A DNA stretch of 64,000 bases from Octopus sinensis (lineage: Eukaryota). Of the stretch, positions 12,875-25,342 are shown in pieces. Every line of letters begins with the position of its first letter. The first letter of the stretch is position 1. Location: assembly GCF_006345805.1 (NCBI RefSeq), contig NC_043020.1, positions 11,718,001-11,782,000 of the forward strand, written 5' to 3'. The notes beneath the pieces are model-generated. The model did not search any database. It had not been told where the DNA came from and was given only the letters and a program-made list of their open reading frames with translations. The translations under genes and the position numbers were made by a program.

Positions 12875-13388
12875 TCTCTATATATAAACGGCAGTTTGTC
12901 TGTCTGTGTGTCTGTCAGGTTGTACCCTCACCCTGACCACGGCTTTCAACCGATTCTGATGAAACTTGACACACACATAGCCCAATGTCATAATTCAAAA
13001 CTAACGCAGCGAAAATTTTGAAAAGTTCCCCCAGTTCTGAAAAAGATTAATAAATTCGACATGGGGTCGAGAATCTAAGCCTTTTATTTGCAACAGATTT
13101 TCTGTTGTAGTTTTCGCAACTTGCAATCGATTTTCACCAAACTCATGGTGAAGCTTAATGTTACCCTAAGAAACTTAATTCTGACGTTAGTTTTCCATGC
13201 AATACCTTACCATCAGAAAAAAATCGATAAAATCATGCCATTTTTGGAAATCGCGTTCAAATTCAAGATGACATATTTTCGACAATATCTTTCACAAATT
13301 GGCAGGAATTTTTTTTAAATTCACAGCGAGCATCATGTCTGCTCCAGGGGCTCTTACATACCCGGGCAATGCCGGGCTATGCTGCTAG
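12875..13388 (+). mobile_element. Non-autonomous Helitron-like element, family H2
   Basis: A|TCTCTATATATAAA start, CCCGGGCAATGCCGGG hairpin, CTAG|T end; 5'-truncated copy at 27154-27508 (minus). Confidence 0.85.
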
Positions 13389-14722
13389 TAAAAAATAAGT
13401 GGAAATTTCACCGGTGAGTGTGTTACATTATAAGGCACAAAAAGAAAATGACTCTCCCCAGACACAACAAATTATGTTTCAACACACAAACTCACATAAA
13501 GAATCTTGCAAACCAAATCCCAAAACGAAAAAGTATGATTTATCATAGCGTATTTCAATTTATTTACTGGTGCTCCTCACCATCCCTTTATTTACATGAA
13601 GGCAATTAATTCTTTCGTATTTAAACCAGCCATAATATTCTATCTGTTTTATGTTCAAATCAGCTAGATCTCCCTGGCATGGGTTGGACGGTTTGACTGA
13701 GGACTGGCAAGCCAGATGGCTGCACCAGGCTCCAATCTGATCTGGCAGAGTTTCTACAGCTGGATGCCCTTCCTAACGCCAGCCACTCCGAGAGTGTAGT
13801 GGGTGCATTTACGTGCCACCGGCACGAGGGCCAGTCCAGCAGCACTGGCAACAGTCACGCTCAAATGGTGTTTTTTACATGGCACCTGCACAGGAGCCAG
13901 TCCAGTAGCACTGGCAACAACCTCGTTCGAATGTTGTTTTACACCTGCTACTGGCACAAGTGCCAGTAAGGCGACGCTCAAATGGTGCATTTTACGTGCC
14001 ACTGGCACAAGTCCTAGTTAGGTGATGTTGGTAATGATCATGCTCGAATGGTGCATTTTACGTGCCACTGACACAGGAGCCAGTCAGCGGCCCTGGGAAC
14101 AATCACACTCGGATGGTGCTCTTAACGCTCCACTATGACAAACGTATGAAAATGTTTTGGACTGCTAATGGATTAAAAGACATGATATCTGATTTTCCTT
14201 TGCTGACAGACTAGACTGACTGACAAATAACAATGATTGATCTGGGTGGATCAAAATCTCAAAACAACAAGGTAATGCATTATTAATTCAAAACAAAGTA
14301 CATAAATAAGTATTACATTTGACAGAGTAATCTGAATGCTAAAGGGTTTTTAAAAATTTCCCCAAAAGACTGGGAATTTCACAATAATGTTTCTTTTGTA
14401 GCTGCATTTTCATAGTAATAACCACCCAATCTCATTTTCAGGTATAGTGTACCCTAGGTTACAATATTCTATGTTGTCATTTAACCCTTTTGATACCATC
14501 CCGGCCAAAACCGCCTATGGCTCTGTAGTACAAATGATGAAAGGCAAAGTCGACCTCGGCGGAATTTGAACTCAGAACATAACAACAGACGAAATACGGC
14601 TACGCATTTCGCCCGGCGCGTTAACATGTTTAAAGTAAGTAGATAGAGGTTGGTGAAATACTTTTGATTATTTTGTATCATCTTTTAACAATTGGAATTT
14701 TTCAAAATTTGTGATATATTAA

Positions 14723-14944
14723 CCCTTTCGTTACCAACCCGGCTGAAACCGGATCTGGCTCTGTAGTACAAATGTCTTGTTTTCACAAGTTTTGAATTAA
14801 AATCTTCCACCAAACCTTAGTCACAATTTATGTTCCCAATACTAGCTTAATGATAACTAAGTTCTTTTACTAAATTCTTTGTTATATTTAAAATAATTTG
14901 AATGAAACATGGAGCATCTCAAAATAAATACGGTAACGAAAGGG
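14723..14944. mobile_element. piggyBac-like MITE family P1 (TTAA|CCCTTTCGTTAC...GTAACGAAAGGG|TTAA)
   Basis: TTAA TSD and TIRs; copies at 19539-19759, 52963-53181 and partial at about 53655-53933. Confidence 0.82.
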
Positions 14945-15319
14945 TTAAGATGGTTAAGGTAATGATTTGGTTGTTATTTCTAGCAGCTAATTTTCTAATT
15001 GTCTATATAATTGTAGATACTCTCTCTTTGGGGCTCACTGTTGCAAAAATCTCTCAAAGAAGTCAAAATAAGCTAAGTTATACAAATAATGGCCATTATT
15101 GTTGTTGTCGATGTTGCCATCTTTTTGACAGACAGTCAAGGGCTGAATGAAACTGGGTACTTAACACCTGGAATGTTCCCAGGTGCATACAGCCCTTTAC
15201 CTGTTGGAAAAAAAATCAACCTTTGGATTTAATAAAGGGTTAGAGCAGATCACCACTACACTACTGTCACAATAACAACGTGAGAAAGTTTCAGGTGTCA
15301 AAGAAAATATTTATCTTAC

Positions 15320-15388
15320 CTTTTCTTTTTCATTAACAGCAGCCGTATCTAATTTCAAGACAACATCTTCAAGTTGATCGCTTGATAC
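15320..15388 (-). CDS. HROB: HROB coding exon 4 (VSSDQLEDVVLKLDTAAVNEKEK)
   Basis: Acceptor catttag|, donor AAG|GTAAGA; 69 nt, phase 0 to 0. Confidence 0.85.
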
Positions 15389-15915
15389 CTAAATGTGTCA
15401 AGAAGGAAACAAACATCAGATAGACATTCAGATTAAGGTAGTCATAGTAGTAGTAGTAATTTCAAATTTTGTCACAAGGCCAGGAATTTCAAGGGAGGGG
15501 TTAAGTCAGTTACATCAACTGGTACTTATTTTATTGAACCAGCCAACAATCAGAGTGCTTCAGACATCTCTGATGGAAGCTATCAAGGATTCTTACATGA
15601 TGTCTTTAAAGGGTCCATGTTACACATGAGTAAAGGAGCAATGTCAACACACACACACACGTGTGCAGGAGACAGTAACTTTTGTTTGCTTTGTGATGCC
15701 TTGTTGGGATAAGACAAGAGCCCTGAAAGAATCAGTTGCCTTCTGAAGCCTTAAAGATATTTCATCCTCTAAGGAGCAAGAATGGCTCAAGTGTGCTGCT
15801 CAGGTACAGACTTGTGACCCATTTTCAGTATTGTTACTTCAACAATAGTTGGTTTCACATATAGTCTTCATGGTGCAGGCTGGAACATTGCTACAGTCTT
15901 GTCCAAGCTAATCAT

Positions 15916-16505
15916 CATCATCATCGTTTAGCGTCCGCTTTCCATGCTGGCATGGGTTGGACGGTTCAACTGGGGTCTGGGAAGCCAGAAGGCTGCACCA
16001 GGCTCAGTCTGATCTGGCAATGTTTCTATGGCTGGATACCCTTCCTAACACCAACCACTCCATGGGTGTAGTGGGTGCTTTTTATGTGCCAGACGAGGCT
16101 GGCAAACGGCCACGATCGGATGGTGTTTTTTATGTGCCACCGGCACGGAGACCAGGCGAGGCTGGCAACGGCCACGATCAGTTGGTGCTTTTTAAGTACC
16201 ACCGGCATGGAAGCCAGTCAAGGCGGCGCTGGCATCGGCCACGTTCGGATGGTGCTTTTTGCATGCCATTGGCATGGAGGCCAGGCGAGGCTGGCAATGG
16301 CCATGATCAGTTGGTGCTTTTTAAGTACCACTGGCATGGAAGCCAGTCAAGGCGGCGCTGGCATCAGCCACGTTCGGATGGTGCTTTTTACATGCCACCG
16401 GCACGGAGGCCAGGCGAGGCTGGCAACGGCCACGATTGGATGGTGCTTTTTACATGCCACTGGCACGGAGGCAGTCGGGGCAGCACTGGCAATGGCCACG
16501 CTAAG
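15916..16505 (-). mobile_element. RTE 3'-end fragment with about 6 internal 60-66-bp repeat units
   Basis: Family signature GGCGTTAGGAAGGGCATCC...CCATGCTAGCATGGAAA...(GAT)n. Further fragments at about 1-200, 2230-2480, 2800-2897, 6316-6646, 7700-8070, 10560-10860, 13670-14130, 18838-18987, 21240-21762, 35680-35922, 38390-38642, 51345-51685, 63470-63575. Confidence 0.88.
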
Positions 16506-16998
16506 TCAAAATACCCTGCGCAATGCATAAATATGATCCACGAAAATTTGTATATTTTCAATTAGGTTTCTTTCAGTTTGTTTGCTAAAATCCACTCACA
16601 AGGCTTTGGTCGGCCTGGGATTATGCTAGAAGACACTCGCCCAAGTTGCTATGCCATGGGACTGAACCCAAAATCGTGTAACTGGGAAGCAAACTTCTTA
16701 ACCACACAGCCAGCTTACATGATGCCTATAAAGGGTCCATGTTACATATGAGTAAAGGAGCAATGTCAACACACACACACACACGTGTGCAGGAGACAGT
16801 AACTTTTGTTTGCTTTGTGATGCCTTGTTGGGACTAGACAAGAGCCCTGAAAGAATCAGTTGCCTTCTGAAGCCTTAAAGATATTTCATCCTCTAAGGAG
16901 CAAGAATGGCTCGAGTGTGCTGCCCTCTGTCAACTACACATGTTCCCTTACAAAATTAGTCCTCATGTACCAAAGTGAGAAGTCGTTATTCTACTTAC

Positions 16999-17144
16999 AA
17001 GCTTTGGAAGAATTCCTGCAGGGCCTGGAAAAATACGCTTTGTCCGTTTGCAATTTACTTCAGTGGTCACGTCTGTCTGCAGTTTTGCAGTTGAACATTT
17101 TGGGGTTTTTTCCTTCGAATAATTCCCCAGAATTGAACAATTTG
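16999..17144 (-). CDS. HROB: HROB coding exon 3 (...KRTKRIFPGPAGILPKL)
   Basis: Contains the conserved HROB motif R-x-FPGPAGILP; acceptor tctcttcttgtag|, donor CTT|GTAAGT; phase 1 to 0. Confidence 0.93.
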
Positions 17145-17913
17145 CTACAAGAAGAGAAACAATGATGTTACTATTAAACTTTATCTTTAGATATAAAGCA
17201 CATGTGCCCAACCCCCCAATGCTCAACAACCTATGTTGGTTTGTTTATGACCCATTAACCAAATGATCCAGTAAGACAGACTGATAGAATTTTTCTTTTT
17301 CTTTTACTCTTTTACTTGTTTGAGTCATTTGACTGCGACCATGCTGGAGCACCGCCTTTAGTCGAGCAAATCGACCCCGGGACTTATTCTCTGGAAGCCT
17401 AGTACTTATTCTATCGGTCTTTTAAGCTGAACCGCTAAGTTACAGGGACGTAAACACACTAGCATCGGTTGTCAAGCGATGTTAGAGGGACAAACACAGA
17501 CACACAAGACATACATATACACGCACACACACACACATATATATATATATACGACAGGCTTCTTTCAGTTTCCGTCTACCAAATCCACTCACAAGGCATT
17601 GGTCGGCCCGGGGCTATAGGAGAAGACACTTGCCCAAGATGCCACGCAGTGGGACTGAACCCAGAACCATGTGGTTGGTTAGCAAGCTACTTACCACACA
17701 GCCACTCCTGCGCCTAGAATAAGAACCAGACTTTAAAATAAGAACTGGGGCCAATTTGTTCAACTAAATCCTTAAAGGGTGGTGCCCCAGCATGGCCATT
17801 CAAATGACTGAAACAAGTAAAAGACACCAAAATAAAAGTTAAAAGAAGATTATCATTGTCAATTTCTCAAAAATTAAAAAGAAAGGGGTGAGAGAGAGAA
17901 ACCGGTATCTGAC

Positions 17914-18154
17914 CTTGCTGGAGCGACTGTGATGAGTTAGCTGGTGTAGCCCCTTTTGTTGGATATTTGTTTGAGCCTGACACGGATGTAGAAGGTTCTG
18001 GTGAGGTAGGTATGATAACATCTGGCATGGGTTCATCGTCTCCAGTAAAAGTACGAAGTTTCTTATTTTGTTCACAATCAACAGGTACTGGTGACCGTCT
18101 GCGTTTTTCAGCTTTAGATACAGGTTCAACTTCAAATGATTCCAAAGGGAATTC
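17914..18154 (-). CDS. HROB: HROB coding exon 2 (EFPLESFEVEP...SQSLQQ)
   Basis: Acceptor tttcag|GAA, donor G|GTCAGA; 241 nt, phase 0 to 1; open frame continuing into exon 3. Confidence 0.8.
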
Positions 18155-19977
18155 CTGAAAGGAGACAAAAATAGTTATTTGTTTACTACCCACAAAGGGC
18201 TAAACATAGAGGGGACAAACAAGGACAGACAAACAGATTAAGTCGGTTATATCGACCCCAGTATGTAACTGGTACTTAATTTATCGACCCCGAAAGGATG
18301 AAAGGTAAAGTCGACCTCGGCGGAATTTGAACTCCGAACGTAATGCCAGACGAAATACGGCTACGCTTTTCGCCCGGCATGCTAACGTTTCTGCCAGCAC
18401 AGAATGTTTTTTTTTTTTTACCTCAATGGACGTCATTGATTGGTTGAAATTGCAGAAAAAACAACAACAAATATCTTACAAACTATAGAATTTTCTCAAG
18501 AAAGCCAAGAGAAAATAATTTCCACGTAACTAAAAAACAAGGACAGACAAACGGATTAAGTCGGTTATATCGACCCCAGTATGTAACTGGTACTTAATTT
18601 ATCAACCCGGAAAGGATGAAAAGTAAAGTCGACCTCGGCGGAATTTGAACTCCAAATGTAATGCCAGACGAAATACGGCTACGTATTTCGGCCGGCATGC
18701 TAACATTTCTGCCAGCTCGCCACCTGGAGACAAAAATAGTGGCTCTTACAAACTATAAAGTTTTTTCAAGTGAAGTAAAATAAAAACGAGATGTTTTCTA
18801 GAGTTTTAGAGAAAGTGTGGGAAAGTCTAAAATGATAGTGGTTGGCGTTAAGAAGGGCATCCAGCTGTAGAAACACTGCCAGATCAGACTGGAGCCTGGT
18901 GCACCCCCTGGCTTCCCAGACCCCGGTCGAACCGTCCAACCCGTGCTAGCGCGGAAAACGGACGTTAAACGATGATGATGATGATGAAATTAGAGATTCA
19001 TATTCTATTACAATCAGTGAATTGTATATTGGTTTCAAATTTTGGCACAAGGCCAGCAATTTCAAGAGTAAGAACTAGTCAATTACACTGACCCCAGTGC
19101 TCAACTGGTACTTATTTTATTGACCCTGAAAGGACAAAAGGCAAAGTTGACCTTGGTGGAATTTGAACTCTGAACATAAGGATAGATGAAATGCTGCTAA
19201 ACATTTTGCCCGGCATACTAACGACTCTGCCAGCTTGCTACCTTAAGGTCATTGTATATTAACATAGCTAAAACCACACCTCACTGATTGGATCCTCTCT
19301 TAAGGGACGCAAGATACTTCATCCCCAAACAATTATTGATACTCCTCTACAAGGACCGGATGAGGCTTACAATGGAGTATTGCCCTCACAACTAGGACAG
19401 GATGCTGTTACACTCCAAGGCATCATAGACCACATCAAGGGTCACCCAAATGATGTGCTCCACTCACAAGTCCACAAAAGCCGTTTCCTCTCTCTGCCTC
19501 TCCTCAGAGCTGTCCAGACTCTTGTCATCATCATTTAACCCTTTCGTTACTGTATTTATTTTGAGGTGCTCTGTGTTTCTTTCAATTATTTTAAATATAA
19601 CAAAGAATTTAGTAAAATAACTTAGTTATCATTAAGCTAGTGTTAGGAACATAAATTGTGACTAAAGGTTGGTGGAAGATTTTAATTCAAAACTCATGCA
19701 AACAAGACATTTGTACTACAGAGCCAGAGCCGGTTTTGGCCGGGTTGGTAACGAAAGGGTTAATGTCCACTGTCCATGCTGGCATGGGTTAGCTAATTTG
19801 ACCAGAACTGGCAAGCTGTACCCAACTCCAGACTGATTTGGCATAGTTTCTATGGCTGGATGCCCTTCCTAATGTCAAATATCTCCATAGATATTCATGT
19901 TTCCCCATCTCATCACCCTTATTGTAATGAGATGATGAGAGGGGAATGCGAAAGTGGAGATGGTATGAGACCAGCCA

Positions 19978-20208
19978 AGGCGTTGAGCTGGCAGAAACGC
20001 TAGCACGCCGGGCAAAATGCTTAGCGGTATTTCGTCTGCGTTACGTTGTGAGTTCAAATTCCGCCAAGGTCGACTTTGCCTTTCATCCTTTCGGGGTTGA
20101 TAAATTAAGTACCAGTTACGCACTGGGGTCGATGTAATCGACTTAATACCTATGTCTGTCCTTGTTTGTCCCCTCTGTGTTTAGCCCCTTGTGGGTAATA
20201 AAGAAATA
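19978..20208 (+). mobile_element. SINE family C, full length (head GGCG..GAGCTGGCAGAAAC, core GCCTTTCATCCTTTCGGGGTCGATAAA, end AAAGAAATA)
   Basis: 16-bp TSD GGTATGAGACCAGCCA (19962-19977 / 20209-20224). Other copies: 1090-1490, 10929-11160, 18170-18730, 19030-19245, 25585-25800, 38006-38128, 48055-48370, 58950-59666, 60405-60610, 63635-63865. Confidence 0.92.
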
Positions 20209-20249
20209 GGTATGAGACCAGCCAGCTCTGAGGGGCAGAAACTATTATA

Positions 20250-20560
20250 GTGACACTAAAAAAGGTTTGTCCTAACCATACAAAATCTTCCTACCAGCTA
20301 CTCCTTATCCGCGATGGTTCCATAAGTAGCATTGCTGCCTTTAAAACCATCAAGTTTGCTTTCAGCCCCAAACCAAACAACAGTCAACAAAACTCCTCCT
20401 GCACAAACCACTATGCATGCAAGCCCTTCTTTCCCAGCACAGCAACCCTCTGGAATTCCGTCCCTGCTCATGTTCCCCCTCCCCACAAATGTTGTCTTAC
20501 AAAAGTTCAAGAGGAACAGTAACGGCATCAATTTCACTGTCTTGGAGGGGCATGGAGGAC
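20250..20560 (+). mobile_element. CR1/Jockey-type LINE 3' RT fragment
   Basis: Translates to FFPSTATLWNSVPAHV...LQKFKR, typical of the RT C-terminus of these clades; related pieces at about 9700-9892, 19320-19500 and 21895-22130. Confidence 0.65.
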
Positions 20561-23558
20561 AATGAGTGCTACCTCTTCAAACAGATCATATTTCTATGCT
20601 CCCATCACTCGGCCAGACCTTCAAGTGATAAATTTATAGAGGTGTTGTAGAATGCAGCTTACAACAGAAAGGTTTAATAATAGTTAGGCTAAACCCAGAA
20701 ATATTTGATGATAAAGTAAAGTCGGCGATAATAGAAAAGAGACATTTTTAAAATTGAAAAATGTTTTTCCAACTGTTTGTATACTGCAATATATTCGATA
20801 CGACAGTTTGCCTGCAATAATAGAACAGGAAGATATATTAGATTACATTACAGATGAACACCCAGTATAACAGAACTGTATTTTAAATGATTTTACGAGT
20901 TTTGGGGGGCTTGTAAACATTCCATATAATTCATTATACATATTTCATTTCATGACATATTTTTATTTTTATTCTATGTACCCCACGTCCCGTTTTTGTA
21001 TCGTCCCCTCTATTTTTTGGGCCATCGTGCCTATAATAAAGATAGTAACATTGTCTATTACCAACAGGGAGACGTTTACTCACCACATGGGCAAGATGAC
21101 CACAACATACACGAGATGAGCAGAGGCACCAAGTGTGCTAGATGACATGTGCAAGATGAGCACCACTATGCATGTAGTGACCAATCACATGTAGGATGCC
21201 TTTGTGTATCATATTACTTGCAAGCTTTCTCACCCGGCAGTTGCCAGGGCCGCTGGACTGATTCCTGTGCAGGTGGCAAGTAAAGAAACACCGTTTCGAC
21301 CCTGTGCTTGAGGAGATCCATTGAGTCAAGTACACCAGCATCAAAAATCAATGGAAACTGCAGTTGTGATCCCTGTGCCGGTGGCACATAAAAAGCACCA
21401 TCCGAACGTGGCTGATGCCAGCGCTGCCTAGACTGGCTTCCGTGCCGGTGGCATGCAAAAGGCACCATCCAAATGTGGCCAATGCCAGCACCGCCTTGAC
21501 TGGCTTCCGTGCCAGTGGCACGTAAAAAGCACCATCCGATCGTGGCCGTTTACCAGCCTCGTCTGGCACCTGTGCCGGTGGCACGTAAAAAGCACTCACT
21601 ACACTCACGGAGTGGTTGGCGTTAAGAAGGGCATCCAGCGGTAGAAACACTGCCAGATCAGACTGGAGCCTGGTGCAGCCTTCTGGCTTCCCAGATCCCC
21701 GGTCGAACCATCCAACCCATGCTAGCATGGAGAACGGACGTTAAACGATGACGATGATGATTATTGCAATTGAATCTTAAGGTTTTTTTTTTTTAACAGA
21801 GGGGGAATGCCTGAGGAATGATGTTTTATGGAGGAAGGACTTGGTCTAGTAGTCAGTGCAGGGTCAGGGGTGGGTGGGGTTCTGGCTACAACAAGGGTAA
21901 TGAGATGAGGAGAAAGGAATACCCCGAAGTGGAGATGGTATGAGATAAGCCAACTCTGAGAAGCAGAGACTGTAACAGTAGAAAGCTTGCAAAATCCTTT
22001 GACCAAAATGGCTCCATAAGGGGCATTGCTGCCACTAAAACCATCATGTCTGCTTTCAGCTCCAAACCAAACCACAATCAACAAACTCCTTCCAAACTCC
22101 CCGCCCCCATACTTACACACCAAAGAGTAACTTCTCTTGATTGCTCCAATACAACAAGTGCCCCGTCATTAATCCTCAAAGACTGCAATACTCTTATTCT
22201 TTTACTTGTTTCAGTCATTTGACTGTGGCCATGCTGGAGCACTGCCTTTAGTTGACCAAATCAATCCCAGGACTTATTCTTTGTAAGCCTAGTACTTATT
22301 CTATCGGTCTCTTTTGCCGAACCGGGGACGTAAACACACCAGCATCGGTTGTCAAGTGATGGGGGGGGGGGGACAAACACAGACACACACATACATATAT
22401 ATATACATATATAGGACGAGCTTCTTTCAGTTTCCGTCTCCCAAATCCACTCACAAGGCTTTGGTCAGCCCGAGGCTATCAGTCTCTTTTGCCAAACTGC
22501 TAAGTTACGGGAACAGAAACACACCAGCATCGGTTGTCAAGCGATGTTGGGGGGACAAACACAGACACACAAACATATACATATATACGACGGGCTTCTT
22601 TCAGTTTCCGTCTACCAAATCCACTCACAAAGCTTTGCTCGGCCCGTGGCTACAGTAGAAGACAATTGCCCAAGGTGCCATGCAGTGGGACTGAACCCGG
22701 AACCATGTGGTTGGTAAGCAAGCTAACTACCACACAACCACTCCTACACCAATCAGGAATTAGCTTTTATGATCCCCAAACACTTCAACCTTGTCTTTAC
22801 CAGGCACAACTGTCTATTCTGTTCTCCTCAGAACTGTAAACTCTCTAACACTGCTAACTGCTACTGCTCTCTTACTTTTCCTATATCCTACCATGATGGA
22901 AATAGTTAGAGACAATCACCTACTTCGTCAGCTTCAGACATTCCTCCTTTCACAGTGACTTCTGCTGTATTTACAACTCTCTAAATTGCTACATGTGGCG
23001 AGAATGGATGTGGATAGCAGTGTGAAAAAGTGCCACACCCTAGATCCTCAAATTTTTGCACTAGGCCAGCAATTTCAGAAAGGGGTAAGTAGATTACATC
23101 GACCCCCAATAATCAACAGGTAGTTATTTTAACGACCCCGAAAGGATGAAAGGCAAAGTTGACCTCGGCGGAATTTGAACTCAGAATCTCAACATGCCTA
23201 AAACTGGTAGGAATTTTAGGAACGAGTTGCAATATCGGCGTAACTTCGGTATAAGTACTGGATACATTTCAAGAAAGTGTTTTATTTTATACATCTGGGG
23301 TTAGGGTTAGGAGAAAAGGGTTTCTGTTATCTTCAGAAATGTAAAGGATCGCCGCAATATTTATCATTTCTAACAAGTCAAACTACCACACTTGCTTATT
23401 GATGTTTAGAAATGTTACAGACTGCCTATCCACTGAATATCGCTCGACATTACCTACTAGAATTAAACAGCTAAATGCTTCCATTAAATCTCTCCCTTTC
23501 AACCTTGAAAATACAAGAAAAAGACCAAAAATTTAGGACAACATTCAATAATGCCAGT

Positions 23559-23987
23559 GACGATCTTTCGTCTCTAGTAGACCTTTCCGTCGATTTCCGT
23601 AAAAATTTTTTTGTTTTTTACATATGGGCTTGCAGGAACTTTTGAAGTGATATACATACATATACACATACACCGAGTAAAAAAATTCAGTTATCTCTTT
23701 CTTTCACACATTACTCTGTCTCTTCACACACACTAACAGAAGCACTTCACTTACACAACATACTGTCTGTCTCCCACACCCCATCAAACACACACACACA
23801 CACACATGTACATCAATGCTTCCCCTGGACGGTAACTTCAAAAGAACTTCCCTCGTCATACAATCGCTTTCTCTTAGTCTCTTTCGCTCTCATTACTTCA
23901 AAAGTTCCCGCAAGCCCATATGTAAAAAAAAAAAAAAAATTTTTAACGGAAATCGACGGAAAGGTCTACTAGAGACGAAAGATTGCC
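23559..23987. mobile_element. MITE with about 45-bp TIRs and 8-bp TSD (Merlin-like GGCAA terminus)
   Basis: TIR GGCAATCTTTCGTCTCTAGTAGACCTTTCC; TSD ATGCCAGT. Second copy 33102-33517 with TSD GACGATAA. Confidence 0.85.
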
Positions 23988-24202
23988 ATGCCAGTGGTTC
24001 CTAAATTTCAAGTTTGACCATTTTTCTTCATTTAGACAAGATTCACAGAAATGCCGCTGAATTCGAACATTCAATTGTTGATACAAAAAAGCGTTGACAA
24101 GTTTACCATACATACATAACACGTGCTTACAACGGAATAAATACGACGTTGAAACTCTGTCTTTATAAATAAACGTTCCATAATTCAAAATTATAAACAA
24201 AC

Positions 24203-24250
24203 CTTCCAAAATTCGTCGTCGTCGTCATCGTTGTCATTAATTTTAAACAT
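24203..24250 (-). CDS. HROB: HROB coding exon 1 (MFKINDNDDDDDEFWK)
   Basis: ATG at 24250-24248; acidic N-terminus reminiscent of vertebrate HROB; donor AAG|GTTTGT; phase 0 joins exon 2 in frame. Assignment rests on phase fit and composition rather than strong homology. Confidence 0.75.
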
Positions 24251-24394
24251 CTTGTTTTGTTTTTTTACATATTATGATTCTTTTTTCCCTTTAAATAATG
24301 AATGAAATTATACATACATACAACCATATATACATATATATATATATGTATATAAATGGTTAATAACTTGGAAAAAGTTTGTCTAAGATTATTT

Positions 24395-24460
24395 GTGTTA
24401 AGCGCGCCATTCAGAAGGAAACGTAAAGTGTTGACGTTTAACACAACAAAATGTGACGTT
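24395..24460 (-). promoter_or_regulatory. Candidate HROB core promoter (CpG patch, ATGGCGCGC E2F/YY1-like)
   Basis: Local CpG cluster (gcgcgcc, several ACGT) about 150-200 nt upstream of the ATG in otherwise CpG-poor DNA. Confidence 0.3.
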
Positions 24461-25270
24461 TTACACAGTGATATACACACACACACACACACACATATAT
24501 AGCTGTGTGATAAGTAGCTTGCTAACCAACCACATGGTTCCGGGTTCAGTTCCACTGCGTGGCACCTTGGGCAAGTGTCTTCTACTATAGCCCCGGGCCG
24601 ACCAATGCCTTCTGAGTGGTTTTGGTAGACGGAAACCGAAAGAAGCCTGTCGTATATATGTGTATGTTTGTGTGTCTGTGTTTGTCCCCCTAGCATTGCT
24701 TGACAACCGATGCTGGTGAGTTTACGTCCCCGTAACTTAGCGGTTCGGCAAAAGTGACCGATAGAATAAGTACTGGGCACACAAAAGAATAAGTCCTGGG
24801 GTCGAGTAGCTCGACTAAAGGCGGTGCTCCAGCATGGCCCAGTCAAATGACTGAATCAAGTAAAAGAGTATATATATATATATTAACACACACACATATA
24901 TATACTCTTTACTCTCTTTTACTTGTTTCAGTCATTTGACTGCGGCCATGCTGGAGCACCGCCTTCAATCGAGCAACTCGAACCCGGGACTTATCCTTTC
25001 GTAAGCCCAGTACTTATACTATCAGTCTCTTTTGCCGAACCGCTAAGTGACGGGGACGTAAACACACCAGCATCGGTTGTCAAGCAATGCTAGGGGGACA
25101 AACACCGACACACAAACATATACACACACACTTTATATACGACGGGGTCGTTTTGCTCGACTAAAGGCGGTGCTCCAGCATGGCCGCAGTCAAATGACTG
25201 AAACAAGTAAAAGAGCTAAAAAAAAAAAGAAAACGTATTCTAATCAAATTTAAGTAAAAAAAAACATGCT

Positions 25271-25342
25271 TAGCAGAGCGTAGTTTCGATCTACGGACCT
25301 CTGGGTTATGGGCCCAGCACGCTTCCACTGCGCCACTCTGCT
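25271..25342 (-). tRNA. tRNA-iMet: Initiator tRNA-Met (CAT)
   Basis: AGCAGAGTGGCGCAGTGGAAGCGTGCTGGGCCCATAACCCAGAGGTCCGTAGATCGAAACTACGCTCTGCTA: A1:U72, three G:C pairs in the anticodon stem, A54/A60; T-run terminator 6 nt downstream. Confidence 0.97.

Noticed and set aside
20570-20592. KYDLFEE micro-exon candidate for the HROB N-terminus
   Set aside because: Poor acceptor and an in-frame stop just upstream; 24203-24250 is a better first exon.
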